NCBI GenBank assembly: GCA_002633005.1
Contig: NMRA01000054.1
Span: 807,674 to 871,673 of the forward strand
Reading direction: 5' to 3'
Source: Phoronis australis
Taxonomy: Eukaryota; Animalia; Phoronida
Length of the DNA: 64,000 nt
Shown one piece after another: positions 1 to 14,300 of this stretch. Both the position numbers and the translations under genes were made by a program. A model generated the notes under the pieces. That model was not told the DNA's origin. It saw only the letters and a list, made by a program, of their open reading frames with translations, and made no database searches. The stretch's first letter is position 1; every line of letters starts with the position of its first letter.

Positions 1-190
1 ACGCCTTGTCTCCAAACAGGTTTGATGTTTCCTGTTGCACCTACTGTCCATTTTGTGTTTTCGACTCTGTTTTTGGCGTTCGCCTCTCTATTTGCTAAGG
101 CCCTCAAAGGATCCGCATGAAATTCGGTGTGTGAGTTCACTTTAAACGTACACCTAGGGACAGTGTTCCTAACGTTTTATCTTATTTCAG

Positions 191-2587
191 TGACACAGAG
201 TATATCTTAACGTTTTCTCAAGCCAACTGGCCATCTTTAAGCGAAGAGGTAAGCACACATCTCTCCCGGAAGAATCTAGCTAATTCAGGCAGGGAACGTG
301 TGCCGCTGTAAATTATATAATGCATGTTCTCCTGTAAAGTTTTCCCCTTAGCCCAGTGAACATAACAGGAAGACTACGTGTTGACCTATGGACAATACAT
401 CCATGTTTCTGCTTCACGTGAAGTCAAAAAATGCTAACGAATCCAATCAAGCTATTTTAAAACGAGCATTCTTTGTCGTGATAACACTGTCATTGGATGC
501 AACGTTCAGTTGGAATTGGAACAAAGCAGCGATCAAGTTAATTTTGGAAAGGACTACTTTTCTAAGATCGATCTCTCAGTTATTTCACAAAATTCCTCGT
601 TGGCCTTTCTTCAGCAGTCATCACAAAATTAAACAACCTTTGTCGCACTGAAAATGCAATGAAGAAAATGAGGAAGATGGTGCGATTTAATGCAGCGATA
701 CACTTCCGTCTGTCCAATCAATGTTTGGTCACGCTTGTGTTAGTTCTGAGAAACTAGCAGAAACCACTCCGAGTATAGTTTGTGTTGGCGCAGTGCATAG
801 CAGAAGAACGGCGTATTTTCCCCCGTGGCTGCTCAATTATTGTTTTTGGTCTCAAGCAAACACGAACTATACTACTTGATGTCTGTTTCAGACAATATTT
901 GCTAAAAGAGTTGCTAAGCGCAGTGAGAAAATGGAGGCTGTTTTGAGGTCAAAATCGAAGTTTGGAAAAGCAGAGTAAGTGAACTTGTTAAAACATTTAG
1001 TTGAGATTGGGAACGAGATTGCATATTTACATCGCCTGTGCATTGGATACCGGGCTGACCATGAGTTCCGCAGACGCAAGAATCTCGCTAGTAATGGAGT
1101 GTGAGCATGCGCTTTGCTGATGGCGATATTTCGCTTAGACTTGCATGATCATCTTGCACTTTCGCAAGTGTGGGCCACCCATTAACTTAAAGGGCAATGG
1201 AAGCCAGGATTTCTGAACGCAACATGTGTTGCAGAGAAGGCAATCATAGCTCAACGGGAGTAGCATAGCACGTGTGAAATTACATCGGCCTACTTGACCG
1301 CAAAACAGGATAAGCAAAAGAAAGACAAATGAAGCCATGCAAAATCTGGCTACTGGAAGATATGAATACAACAGATTTTCCTCAAAGTTAATGGATGACT
1401 CGGTAGTGTAGTGGTTAGAGTACTTGCGTGCGTTCAGTAACGTTAGGACAAAGCTGAAATCTAGCCAAAGTCACGTGTCCTCATTTCAAACACACTACAA
1501 TATTTCGCGTAATTTCGCGAAGTCTTGCTTTTTAGGGAAGTGATATCGTTACTGAACGGGACGCTGAACAAACAATTCAAAGGTCCCTTGTTCAATAATA
1601 GCTTCCGCCAAGAAAAAGGAAAAACTGTTCATTATTAACCACCAGGAGTGCAGCATTCTCCCGTGCTCGTTCTTCTAAGAACACTGTAACATCTGAAGAT
1701 TACTGGACCGAAATGTCGACCAAGGTAAAAAGGCTAAGGGTTGGTGTGAATAGACCAACAGTGATGTTACCACATCACCACCTCAAAGAGGTTTAAGAAG
1801 ACGATATCGATGGTAGTGCTTGTGGTAGAAGGGTCTACCAAATACATTTTAGTTAGCGACAGTGGTGGTACAGTGAAGCAAACGTTACATATATTTACTT
1901 AAACGAATTTCTATTTGAAAAGAGCTACAGACAGGGTTGCACTTCATAGTGTTTTTTCAGTCATTTATTTTAAATTTGCGTTAAGAGTAATAACAGTGCA
2001 CCTCGGTCAAGAATGAGTGATTTGTAACGCACATGCTGTGCAATTGTTTTGTTGCAGAAACAATTTTGTGCAGCTGAAAGTTTACTATCAAGAGATGAAC
2101 TTTGAAGCTGTTGAACAAAAAGCCCAATATTCGGTAAGTATTGAGTAAATCGAGGCAATGTTCTGCTATTGTCACAGTGTTCGACTAACAGAGCAAGAAT
2201 GAGATACAACTGAGGAAATTAATACATTCGTATTCTAAAGTAAAAAATATCGTTAGCTCAGAACTTTTTAAAAATGGTTTAGCTTAAACCAAATTTGAAA
2301 TATCTGGAGGAGACTGTAATAACTAAAAATGATATTCGTAAGGAAACTAATATCTTATTTGTGCTTAACAGGCATCAAACCTTCTGGCAGACCTCGGAGG
2401 ACAACTAGGATTGTGGATTGGCTTCTCCGTAATCACGGTCGGGGAGTTATTCGAATTTATGTTTGCCTTGATTCAAGTTTGGTGGAAAAAAGCGCGAGAT
2501 TTTGGCCACGTTGGAAACAAGTTGAAAGACACAAGCAGAGAGAATTCCGTGGCACCCGTGACGGAATTGAGGCTGGAGAGTTTTTGA
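191..2587 (+). CDS. DEG/ENaC (amiloride-sensitive Na+ channel/ASIC family) subunit, last four coding exons; 5' part lies upstream of the window
   Basis: Exons 191-248, 892-974, 2058-2133 and 2372-2587 all have AG/GT boundaries and compatible phases. Spliced: xDTEYILTFSQANWPSLSEE-TIFAKRVAKRSEKMEAVLRSKSKFGKAE-NNFVQLKVYYQEMNFEAVEQKAQYS-ASNLLADLGGQLGLWIGFSVITVGELFEFMFALIQVWW...LESF*. WPS, L.VYY.E.N and LLADLGGQLGLWIGxS (TM2/selectivity filter) are DEG/ENaC hallmarks. Confidence 0.95.
1426..1563 (-). mobile_element. ~140-bp MITE (Harbinger-like), copy 1, inverted relative to the copies at 26924 and 48488
   Basis: Terminal inverted repeats GCGTGCGTTCAGTA / TACTGAACGGGACG. The interior is the reverse complement of the other two copies. 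Flanks are CTT/CTG. Confidence 0.75.
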
Positions 2588-5500
2588 TATGCAAAGAAGG
2601 AAATCGCAATGAAGAATACTTAGTGCATGCCAAATAATTCATATCAAAATGTAAATTTCACAGTCTCACTTGTGTTGTTAGAAATGTTTGTTTTGCAGAG
2701 TCGACAATTACACACCTAGCCGTTCAACGTTTTTGCTCCATCCAGTCTCAAGACATTCTAAAACTCGTGAATGATACTACGTTCAGGTGTGGAATTTTCA
2801 TCAGAAGGAAGATAGGACGCCTGATCAGAGGGCAGATCTGACGCTTAAAATGAAATTTTTATTTGTAATCAGCATAAAATTCATGTGTAAAATGATATTA
2901 TGTGTTTAATTATGAATCACGTAATTGGAATGTGCAGGTAGGCCTCGTTCTGAGATCTGCTGTCTGCTTTGTGCTCGTATGATTACGAGGCAAACCATAC
3001 GTCTGACTAGCGTTTACATGTGATTTTTAGACTGCGGTACGATTTGATTCTCGGCAAGTATCCCGTGTGAACCTTGTGTTGATCTCTATTGTTATTCAAA
3101 CATTACACACCCCATTGCCACATGCCAATTAACTTCAATTTGTTCCAGTCCAGCGTGGATACATTGTTCCAATCCACAATATCCCATGATTGAATTACAT
3201 GACACACACTGTATGATCCGCTGAGTCGGATTTATGCATATTCTCAGAGGCTCCCCCCTAGTTACGCGTGAGTAAAAAATCCTTTCTAATCTCGGACGTA
3301 CGCTTCTGTTGGTCCATTCGCTCTAGGAAAGCTGGTGTGGTGAAAGGCGGACTTAGGGGTGACTTAAGAAGCCAAGGGGCCCCTCTTCCCACGCGCGCAC
3401 ATTTTTCCTTTGAAAATGCGGTTTCCCTACTCCCCTTGCAGCAACTTTCATGTTCCTTCAAGTATCAAGGTACATTCGCCTACATCTGGCTGGAAACTAT
3501 TGTAACGGACTAGTGCCTTAAATTTACATGTACTAGAATTGGTACACTATTCGAAATATTTGTCCTTAGCTTGTTGTGTTTTCCTGCGTCTACTTTGAAG
3601 ACAGTGTAATTTTATGAGTATTTACCGTCTGTTTTATCCTACTTTTTTCATGCCGTATATAATATTCAATCTTAATAATTACATTATGTGTGTTAATTTG
3701 ATATCAAAACGTTTATATTTTCGACGGGAATCACTGAAGTAGTGATCCTCTCCGTTTTGTACATACGTCACAATAAATGACAATTTCGGAGCACTCACCT
3801 TTTGTTTAACTCTGCAACTGAAATAGCTCGTAGCATTGCATGGATTCCGATTAATGGATTATAGTGCTAACAGAATAGTGATCTCGCGAAATATCGCCGA
3901 AACTTAACATGAGAGACGAGAGTTTAAGATAGACAACCCAAAAATCTCGTTGCTTTTAATTGATCCAATACTTTTGGGCTCTCGGAAAGAAAATCGGTAG
4001 AATTCACAATATGCAGCTAAGAAAGTGATCAATGAAATCACCAAATATCCTTCGATATGTTGTAGGAGCGTGTTGTATTTAAACTGGTCTTGCAAAACAC
4101 TGAGTTTATTAAAATTAATCACTTAGATAGCCTGGATCCTGGAACTAATTTCCAAACTCACGCCAAGGAGAACTTTAACCCATCATGATGCATAACACAA
4201 GTATACTAATCTGTGAAACGAGGCATGCGATTGCTTTAGTTTCAAGTCGAGTTCCTAATGCAAAGATGAGAGACCTCGTGCCCTGATGACACAAAATAAA
4301 GCCGAGTAAGCAGAGCTAATCCTCAAGAAATAGAAAAGTAATTATTGCTCTGTGTGATACCACGGTAGCTCTCCGCAGACGGTTCTTGCGAGATCACACA
4401 ATACCACACGAGACAAAGGCGTGTTTCAGTACATGTACACTCGAAGCTTTACTTGCGTTACCTTGCAATATGGCGGCCACTGAAGTGATTTGATCGTTGA
4501 TGTTTTAATGTTGAATTATGGGATAGAATTCACTGTTTCCGTTCCATAAGCGAAGATTTTTCTGCTCATTTGCATGGGGATGTCTAGGGGCTACGCACTG
4601 CAGCCTCATATATCACAGAGACATTTGAAATCAGCTTATGACTGATTGTAATGCATGCACATTTAGATGAAGCGTTTATCCAAAACGTGTGTTTATTCTG
4701 AGAGTGAAAATTCTAGCATCATTCTGCCCACTGAAATTTGCAAACTGAATTCTTTAAACATTTCTGAGATAAATCGTTATCATTTCATGCGCATCTCTAA
4801 GTTGCTTTGGTCTTTTAATGGATAACAAGCTCTCGTTTGATGATACTATTAAGTCCATTGATAAATGCAGGGATCTTTTGAATTGATGTAAAATACCTAC
4901 ATAGAATGTCTAGATCTTAGATCATTAGTCTATGTCCATTGTTTGATCATGCTCGCCCAATCTTGTTAAGTAAATGTCTCCGTAAGTAAGTCAAAACAAA
5001 CTCATTAATATGTACTCGCATTACAACATCCCCCACTCACATACGCCAACATAATTTTTTGTCTCTCGGTGACATAAGGTTTAAAGTAGAGGTAGCCAAC
5101 TTAAATGATACTTTACGGCTTCATTTCAGCTAAAACCGTCATAAAAAGATTTTAAGGCAAGTTCAGTCAAAACGTGGCCAAGTAATGTTCAATCAACACA
5201 ACTCCAAATACTCTTATTAACGTATCTGAGTTAAGTATGAATCTTGTTGTTTTATTTTTATTTTTTGGTAGTGCACCACCACCTAAAATGGCCGCCGTCG
5301 TGAGTGACAGCTGAGTTCAGTATGCATTTCGAGTACTCACTCAACTGTCGCGATATGGAATGAGTTTTCTGCAGAAACCCCGCCCATTTTAAATTTTCTT
5401 TTTAAAAATAATAATAACAGAAGGCACAAACACAAACAGTTACGAAATGTTTACATTTTAGTGATATACTTCGACTGACGAAACTCACCCTGTGTTCTAA

Positions 5501-6284
5501 ACTGCTGATTTTAATGGAAAGACTATATTTTAAACTCATAAGACTTTTCTTATTAATCCTCCCGATCACCTCGTAGATCACTTCTCAGTATTCAAGCAAC
5601 ACCACTCGTATAAAACGAGAAAAGGCGTTAAGGTCCACACCAGTGAATCCAAAACTTGTTTGAACTCTGCAACGTGGAGTTTTCTCTTTCTGATCACCAG
5701 AGAGACATGAGAAGTGTTAATACTTTTAAACTCAAATTTCACCTGTTCAACGCTATTGAGAGTAGTTATGACACAGGTTTTATTTGCTAATTTATTTATT
5801 CAATGGTCATCACCCATGTTACTTCATGTACTCATTTTGTTCATTCATCTTCATTCAAGTTGCTGCCTCACTCACATTACCCCATATTCTAACGTATTTA
5901 TATAATCCGTATTACACATGAACCACAACGGAAATGAGATTTTAACTTTTTGGTGTTATCCTGGTAGCAAGCATGGTCTTATTTATTTGCTTCTTATATA
6001 ATAGTAATGGATACTAGACTACCTACCTTGGGATTGAATGTATGTTTAAATAATAATAGTAGACTCATAAAATTACATGTTTTCAAAATCCTTGATGTTC
6101 ACGCGAGTTAAAGGCGAGCGGTTAGAGAGTACGGTGGAGACCGCATTGTACACAAGCAAGATGGCTGCCTGTAAAGTGATTGGCTGGTGATGATTTAATA
6201 TTGAAATATGGTATAGAATTCGCTGTAACGGGTGTTTTCGTTCTGAATGAAGATTTCTCGCGCAAGTTTCTCGCGAATGTCTTG

Positions 6285-6364
6285 TGTTTACGGAACATAG
6301 CCCTGGCCATCCGCATAGGTGTATGCCTTACGTTTACGCAACGTAGCCCTGGGCATCCGCATAG
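6285..6364. repeat. Two-copy ~47-bp direct repeat
   Basis: GTTTACGGAACATAGCCCTGGCCATCCGCATAG recurs as GTTTACGCAACGTAGCCCTGGGCATCCGCATAG. Confidence 0.8.
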
Positions 6365-9217
6365 AAGTAGAATTTATCATTTACAAAATAAGTTATTCAT
6401 TAACTTCATTTTCATTGTTTGGTGATAGCAGCGAGTATGTTAGTGAAAAAATCTATTTTGATCAAGAACGGCGCGTGTTGCCGGGAGTATCATGCTGGAG
6501 GTAAACAGAACCTCTCCAAATCGATGGAACCTCATTTATCCCAGAAAACAATTTCACTATGTATTTAACTGGGGTATATTGTAATGTTCTATTGACATAA
6601 GACTCTGCTTGAAGTTTGACTTCGCAATAATCAATCATAAATGCATGCTAAGTGCACAAGTGAACACGTCAGGTACAGCTGGCGGGCACCAGTGGCTATA
6701 CACATTACAGGTAAGCGAAAGTCAGACATATATTTTATGGCTCAAGTGCTCTATTGGGTCGCTATTTATTACCCATCATAGTTACCAAGAACAAGTGTGT
6801 GTGGATCTGTGATGCTTCGTGGTTCCTAAACTGATTGTGGGGATATTTCCATTGAGTGTTTCGGCATCTGTGTTCTATCCAGTCACACAAGAGATTCTGA
6901 AGGAGAGCGATAAACAAGATGATTGCGACGTGCAGACAATACCTTAATGAGCATTAAACACGTAGTTTTCATACAAAACGTTTTGTGACCACACCTCCAG
7001 GCACACGACACGTCAGAGTCACATATAATATTAAATACTGAAAAACACTATTCAGTCTAGGCCTTGCGCACATAATTGGTATCAGTGTAGATTTTCACCT
7101 TCTGAATGTCGTATTGTAATGTCTTTTTAAGTATTGCAGGACAATGAAACAGTCTATATCCTGTTGACACGTTATGAATCGCAGTTGGAGAATTAAATGA
7201 GAATTAATTATCAATTATGGTCGAATTAACTATACAATTAATGGCAAGGCAAAGGTACGTGTGGCGTTCAGGGTTATCACGTGATCATGCGGGGACACTC
7301 GGTTTATAATGTATCCTTGATTATATGCAAGAGTTGCCTGCTTGTCTGAAAAGGACGTGGGAAAAAATAATTATACGGGGAGTATGCGAAATAAAGGAAT
7401 TCTTGTATTACCTCACAATGATAATTTCAAATTTGAATTTTGATATTGCACAAAAATGCAACTGCAGCTTCCTTCTATCGTTTTTACGTACTTTTACGGC
7501 ATTTTTATACGTTTTGCAATGTGTTAATACCAGATATCGAAATAACAATAACACTAGTTACAATAATAATTATAGAATTAATTATAATCATGTTATCATT
7601 ATGTATTGTTATTAATATTGCTGTAGTTGCAACAATAATAATAACAATTATGGTAGAGAGTATAAATGCAAGTTACAAAGTGTTACGCTTGTATTCACCT
7701 CCGGTATGGTAGTTTCCTGTGTAGTCTCAGGTGTGACCACATCCGTACTTGCCAACTGGAGTATCAAGCTAGGTATGAAATCAAAATCAACACAAGATAA
7801 CGTTGACTGATTAGCGCACGGGGGGTGCACTTTGGCGTCATAACAAGAAGTGTTCAGTGCACAGGGTCATCGACGGTAATTAAAATTTTAGTTGAAGCTG
7901 AAATGAAAGTGCATGCAGACAATATTGCCCTGTGGTTATTGAGGCCCCATTTTCTCGCTGAGCACGTCACATCCGTTTGTTGTCTGTCACAATAGCGTGT
8001 AAAATCATCACCAAGGGACATTTAAGCTTCTTATTCCTCCCCGAGTTCATATCTTCATATATCTAAACTACAATAAGCGTCCATGTAATTGTTAACTACC
8101 GATACTAATCACTACCAGCCGTGACAAAGGTTGTTGCGATGGAAGAACTTGACGATTTTTTGGATCAGTGGTTAACTGGCGTACGTATTGCTCTATTTAT
8201 TTCTCAAGTTTTCTTCAGTCATTGTACTGGACATACATGGAGAACTAAATTTCCATTCTCGCGAACATTTTCATTCTCACGTCTAGAGACAGTTCTCTAT
8301 TTATTAAATTGAGGATCACGAGCAAGCTTGGCGCAGTTGGTGCCTGTGGCGTCTTTTGTAATTAATTAGTGTTGCCACTGGGAGTTTCGCTGGCAGATGA
8401 ACATTGTGGGCGAGCGTAAGAAAAGACTCGTGTGAAGGATAGTCTTCTCAGTCCAGTGGCAACTCCCACTTACCACGGGTACCTGGTTAAATTCGTGTTC
8501 GGCTGAAATGTAAGGTTTCTATATAATGCAGTGAAAAGGTTTGGGAACAGGATCACTAGCCAAAAACAGTATTTTAGCGTTCAAAATATTCAGTGTTTGC
8601 GGGTTCGTTAGTTTGTCATTCCAGTCCAATGTTATCAGATGCAATTGTGTACGGTTAAAGCGATAGGCCTGGACTCTAGTATTACTGTACGTTGTCAAAT
8701 TTTACAATAGTACATTTCGATCAGTAAAATTTACCTTTTAAAACTGAAGTTTAATTTTTTTCCTGGTGACATTTTATGCGAAAGTGAAGACTGGCTTCTT
8801 TTTGAAAATTGACCTCCAAACCCATCCTAACACTGTAACACAGCTCAAAGTCATCACAACGTAGCACCAGATTGCGAAATGATGTCTAATTTCTCCCCAA
8901 CACACTTGATATCGCTGAATAATGTTTACGTGAGATACCATTTTAACGCCATTCATCATTTACCGCTACAATTACGTCTTCCTTGATGACATTCTTTAAA
9001 CGAACGACCAGCCTTTCTTACGGCAAGGCCTTGGTTTCCTTCCATAGTTTAGGGGGCGTAAGTTGGACATGAATCACTCGTGGTCTTAAACTTCGCGGCG
9101 AACGAACATGGCCACGTTCAAATCTTGGTTTTAAGAAGACCGAAGTCAAACTAGCTATATTGCAAGTGGCCGCGCGCGAGTCGAGCTGCGCCCAACGCCC
9201 CGGTGGTCAACCTCAGC

Positions 9218-10181
9218 ATGGAGCCAAGCCCGGAGATGATGGCGTTACAAGGGGGCCCGGTGGAATACGTGACGTCAAGGATCGAGAGAGGACCTGGAAA
9301 CAAGCTGGTTAAAACTACACGAATTATCACGACTTACGTAGGAGTTCTATGCACTGTCTTATGATGAAATAACTCTGTTGACTAATTTAGGCCAAGACCC
9401 CCGGTGTGCTTGGTCAATACTTTGAAGTAATGCAATCATTTATGATGTCGAAAGAAAATATTGTGTCCTTCTTTTCCTTTTATCAAGTTTTTCAGAAATA
9501 CCGTTTGCAATTTATATGACATATAAACAGCAAAATCTTGAAACTGTTTTGCTGTTAAGAATTGCGTTAAAAATTCCTTGTCGTAATAGCAATATTGGTC
9601 ACCAACGTTTTATATGAAATGATACAACGTTGAAAGTTTTGGCCAACCCTTCACAATAACGATCTTTTAAATTCGTTTTACTTGCCGATGCTGTGAACGG
9701 TCTATTTTCGAGATGAGGTCATTTTCTATCGCGACATGGAACGTTTTTGCGTGTCCGAGTAGTATGGTTTAAAATGAGCATTTTAATCGTGAGTAAAGAA
9801 GAAGTGTCCCTTTAAAACTCTGTTGCTTGAAACTGCACAACTCGTTTTTGAAGAGAAAATATTTTACACAGCCTGATAGTCACCGCCAGTAATTCTCGCT
9901 GTTGTCGCCCCTTGTTTAGTATTCAGCGCACAGCGTCCAGGGTGCTACGCACACTGCTCTTTAAATACTGTGTTGGACTCCTTGAGCAGTAAGTTACCTG
10001 GAAACTATGCGCATTTCAGGTGACTGACGAAGCCAATGATTCATACGACGCAATTACGCCACCTAACTTGGCTACAGAGGGCGGTAATGACAAAGTTCTG
10101 AGTTGGTTACTCCAGAATAATACCATTGACGATAGTGGAAACAGTTCGTTGCACGAACAGTCATCTAACGGAGACCCACAG
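9218..10181 (+). CDS. Putative upstream coding exons (9218-9337, 10020-10181) of a long espin-like isoform
   Basis: agcATGg start with an upstream in-frame stop. MEPSPEMMALQGGPVEYVTSRIERGPGNKLVKTTRIITTY|gtagga, then ttcag|VTDEANDSY...NGDPQ|gtaaac. Both exons are phase 0 and in frame with the acceptor at 17455 (RFQSAPHQSTV-MGLANSK). No homology recognised. Confidence 0.55.
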
Positions 10182-11303
10182 GTAAACTGGATGAATGTGC
10201 CAACTTAAAAAGACCTGAAATACATGTTTCAGCATTTCAGTATGAATTTTGAAAGTATAAGGGTTGGTTTCTGGTATTCACATTTTCTTAAATAGTGCAC
10301 AGTGTTTTTCTTTTTTACTTTATTAAAATAGACAATTATTATTCCCGTAAAGCCCCTATGCGCTGTTTTTCGTGACGTCACTGAGACTGCTCAGCAAAAA
10401 GTGATATCATTGGCCCTGTGAGTACATATTCCAGTCAACAGATCAACCTGTGCATACCCACAACCTTAGAGCTATAAACCGGCGGAGGTGCATGCAAAAC
10501 CTCAGAGTCAACCGACACGCACCCAGCCCGCTGCAGCCGTTTAAGTGAAAACAATCTAATAAACGCCATTTTCTCCCATAATTTTCCAGCTTTTGCGACA
10601 AAGAAATCAGTCGTCGTTTTGAAAACAGTACGCTGGTGACACGCGCACGCACCATTTCCTAAAATTTTGTGACATCTCTCGGGAGATGATGACAGCTTCG
10701 CAAGATAAAAAATTGTTCTGAAACTCGGTTTTCTGGTATTAAACTATCAAGCACTTGTAACGAATTGAGAGCAGTTCCAATGATTTCTTATGACGTTTGC
10801 GCAACCTCGTGGATGAGAAGAACAGTTGATTTAAAAATAAGGAGAAAAGAAACTGCCAGTGGGTGATGCAATGTTTCATGGCGCCAAAAGCCCGCGCAAA
10901 AGATCGCACCACAATTTTAGTAGCAAAATGACGATAGAATTCTAATTTTTCCAGCACCATCAAAAACTTAGTTTACTCAAGGAAGAGTGTAGTTTTTTAT
11001 TACATTAATTTTGATCATTTTACCCATATCGGAGCAACGGCTGTATATTTAATATACAGCTTTGCACCAAGGCTACGCAGGGTCATGCAGAACGGCATCG
11101 TTCTACTAATATTATAAACGACACGGTAGTAAACTTGTATTATGAACTTTTGAGAGCCAAGATGAAAACGTGGAGACTGGCATAACCAGAAAGCAAAGAA
11201 ATGCACAATTTCGAAATATGGGAATAAAACTTGTATTACTGTAACAACGTCTAATTTATCCAAATCAAGTAGCCATGAATAAAACCTTGATATATTTCTA
11301 GCT

Positions 11304-14300
11304 AAACTTGTGGACATCCGAAAAAGCTTTAAGAATTTTTTTTGCGCTCGAAGGACGGCATTACGAAAACATTGTTGCCATTGAAACACAGTCTTCCAGA
11401 AAGCTTTATGTACATACATGCACCCGCTTATCTGCCATAAAATATCCAGCAGCCTTTGTCGCCTTCAGTAAGTTCGAAGTAATGAGCAGAATTCTGAAAA
11501 TAATTGGCATCCCAAACAAAATTTCTTTGCTGATGAAATCTTACATGAGCTACCGCCGTCAACCCCAAAAGAGGGAGCCACAAGTTGGCGAAAATGTTTC
11601 GTTCACGAGTCGACTTTTTAGTACTGCTAAACAATTTGTCGCTCAAAAATAGTTCGGCAAAGAGACAATTGACGAGAAAGGGAAGTAGGCGAATTTATAA
11701 AAAGCAGAAATGTTCGGTTAGCATTGATTTTGATGCCGGGTGTTATATAACATTGTCATACTTTTTTCGTCGGAAAATACCGCTTCTGGGCTGGGTTGCA
11801 TAAAACTTCAAAATTATCGGCTGGATAAGTTTGATCGTTACATGAAGTCAGGTGCATTGTTCAACAATAACAAAGTGACGCTTTATAATGCGACGTCATT
11901 GTTGCTATAGGGCGTATAACTTTTATTCAACTGGGCCCTGGTTACATGTGCAGATAATTTGACCCAGTGTAATTAAGATAATGCGCTAGAGTTCGCTAAC
12001 GAAGTAAATCACAAAAGTGGGTCTGCGCCTCTTGTCCCTGGTTGTACAATCACAGCGCCATCTGTGGAAGATTACTCTACAAGGATTATACATTGACATG
12101 CATAATTCCATAGTCACCAATGCGCATGCCTTAGTTTGCACGTTTGTCGTGTTGTCGTAAACAAACGACCCAGGAATGAGCTGGACAAGTAAAGGAACTA
12201 GTTCTATGCTTTAATAGATGTCTCACAGAGTCCTCACAGATTATAACTGGTGTGGAATGCATCGATTTAATCAGTTGTTGCAGCGGCCGTAAGTCTCGTA
12301 TGCAAGTCTCAAATTCCAACCAATAGGAATTTCCGGATACTATTTTTTAACCAATCAGAATGTAAGAATGTTCTTTAAATTTAAACAATACGAAGCCATG
12401 AGAATCAAAGTCTCTTCACAATGGTAATATCCGTCTCATTGGGAGAGCGTGTACCCCTGACAGAGGCGGATCTACAGGGGGGGTTCGGGGGGTTCAGAGG
12501 GAAACCCCCCTCTCGACCTTCCTTCTGCTCCGGGCTACGCGCCTCGGATTCGCTCGAATCCTAAACCCCCCCCCCCTTACTGAAAACGTAGATCTGCCAC
12601 TGCCTGATCAAAGACACCCTACCCAAGACATCGCCGATATATTTACGAATGGTAATATTGCACAGGCACTTTGCTAGAACGAGTGCAAGCGCTATTGAGC
12701 TTTAGCTATTCCATAGTTCTGTGGAGCAATTTCCTATGAATTTCAATCATTGAAATTCTAAGGAAATCATCAGAGATACTGTGATTATATTTTCAGAATG
12801 AGCTTCTAGCTCCGCCAGGATTTGGTGCACACGGTGGGTGTGATCAAGGTTCTTTTTCAACTGCGAATGACGACACAACGTTAGACGGGTCAGAGCCCAT
12901 ACAGACTGAGACGTTGTACCATCAGGTGATTCATGCACAGCACTTTAAAGCTGGTGCACACAATAGTGAAATTGGCCTTNAAACTTGTGGACATCCGAAA
13001 AAGCTTTAAGAATTTTTTTTTGCGCTCGAAGGACGGCATTACGAAAACATTGTTGCCATTGAAACACAGTCTTCCAGAAAGCTTTATGTACATACATGCA
13101 CCAGCTTATCTGCCATAAAATATCCAGCAGCCTTTGTCGCCTTCAGCAAGTTCGAAGTAATGAGCAGAATTCTGAAAATAATTGGCATCCCAAACAAAAT
13201 TTCTTTGCTGATGAAATCTCACATGAGCTACCGCCGTCAACCCCAAAAGAGGGAGCCACAGGTTGGCGAAAATGTTTCGTTCACGAGTCGACTTTTTAGT
13301 ACTGCTAATCAATTTGTCGCTCAAAAATAGTTCGGCAAAGAGACAATAGACGAGAAAGGAAAGTAGGCGAATTTATAAAAAGCAGAAATGTTCGCTTAGC
13401 ATTGATTTTGATGCCGGGTGTTATATAACATTGTCATACTTTTTTCGTCGGAAAATACCGCTTCTGGGCTGGGTTGCATAAAACTTCAAAATTATCCGCT
13501 GGATAAGTTTGATCGTTACATGACGTCAGGTGCATTGTTCAACAATAACAACGTGACGCTTTATAATGCGACGTCATTGTGGCTATAGGGCGTATAACTT
13601 TTATTCAACTGGGCCCTGGTTACATGTGCAGATAATTTGACCCAGTGTAATGAAGATAATGCGCTAGAGTTCGCTAACGAAGTAAATTACAAAAGTGGGT
13701 CTGCGCCTCTTGTCCCTGATTGTACAATCACAGCGCCATCTGTGGAAGATTACTCCACAAGGATGATACATTGACATGCAGAATTCCATAGTCACCAATG
13801 CGCATGCCTTTGTTTGCACGTTTGTCGTGTTGTCGTAAACAAACGATCCAGGAATGAGCTGGACAAGTAAAGGAACTAGTTCTATGCTTTAATAGATGTC
13901 TCACAGAGTCCTCACAGATTATAACTGGTGTGGAATGCATCGATTTAATCAGTTGTTGCAGCAGCCGTAAGTCTCGTATGCAAGTCTCAAATTCCAACCA
14001 ATAGGAATTTCCGGATATTATTTTTTAACCAATCAGAATGTATGAATGTTCTTTAAATTTAAACAATACGAAGCCATGAGAATCAAAGTCCCTTCACAAT
14101 GGTAATATCCGTCTCATTGGGAGAGCGTGTACCCCTGACAGAGGCGGATCTACAGGGGGGGGGGGGTTCGCGGGGTTCAGAGGGAAACCCCCCTCTCGAC
14201 CTTCCTTCTGCTCCGGGCTACGCGCCTCGGATTCGCTCGAATCCTAAACCCCCCCTTACTGAAAACGTAGATCTGCCACTGCCTGATCAAAGACACCCTA

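Noticed and set aside
2329-2637. 102-aa ORF MIFVRKLIS...
   Set aside because: Wrong frame. The true DEG/ENaC last exon is read in another frame from 2372.
2699-2786. Exon-like segment (ttttgcag...CAG|gtgtgg) after the channel stop
   Set aside because: It lies past the stop codon, shows no recognisable homology and has no partner exon. Possibly UTR.
7325-7712. Ile/Asn-rich ORFs
   Set aside because: AT-rich (AAT)-like low-complexity DNA.
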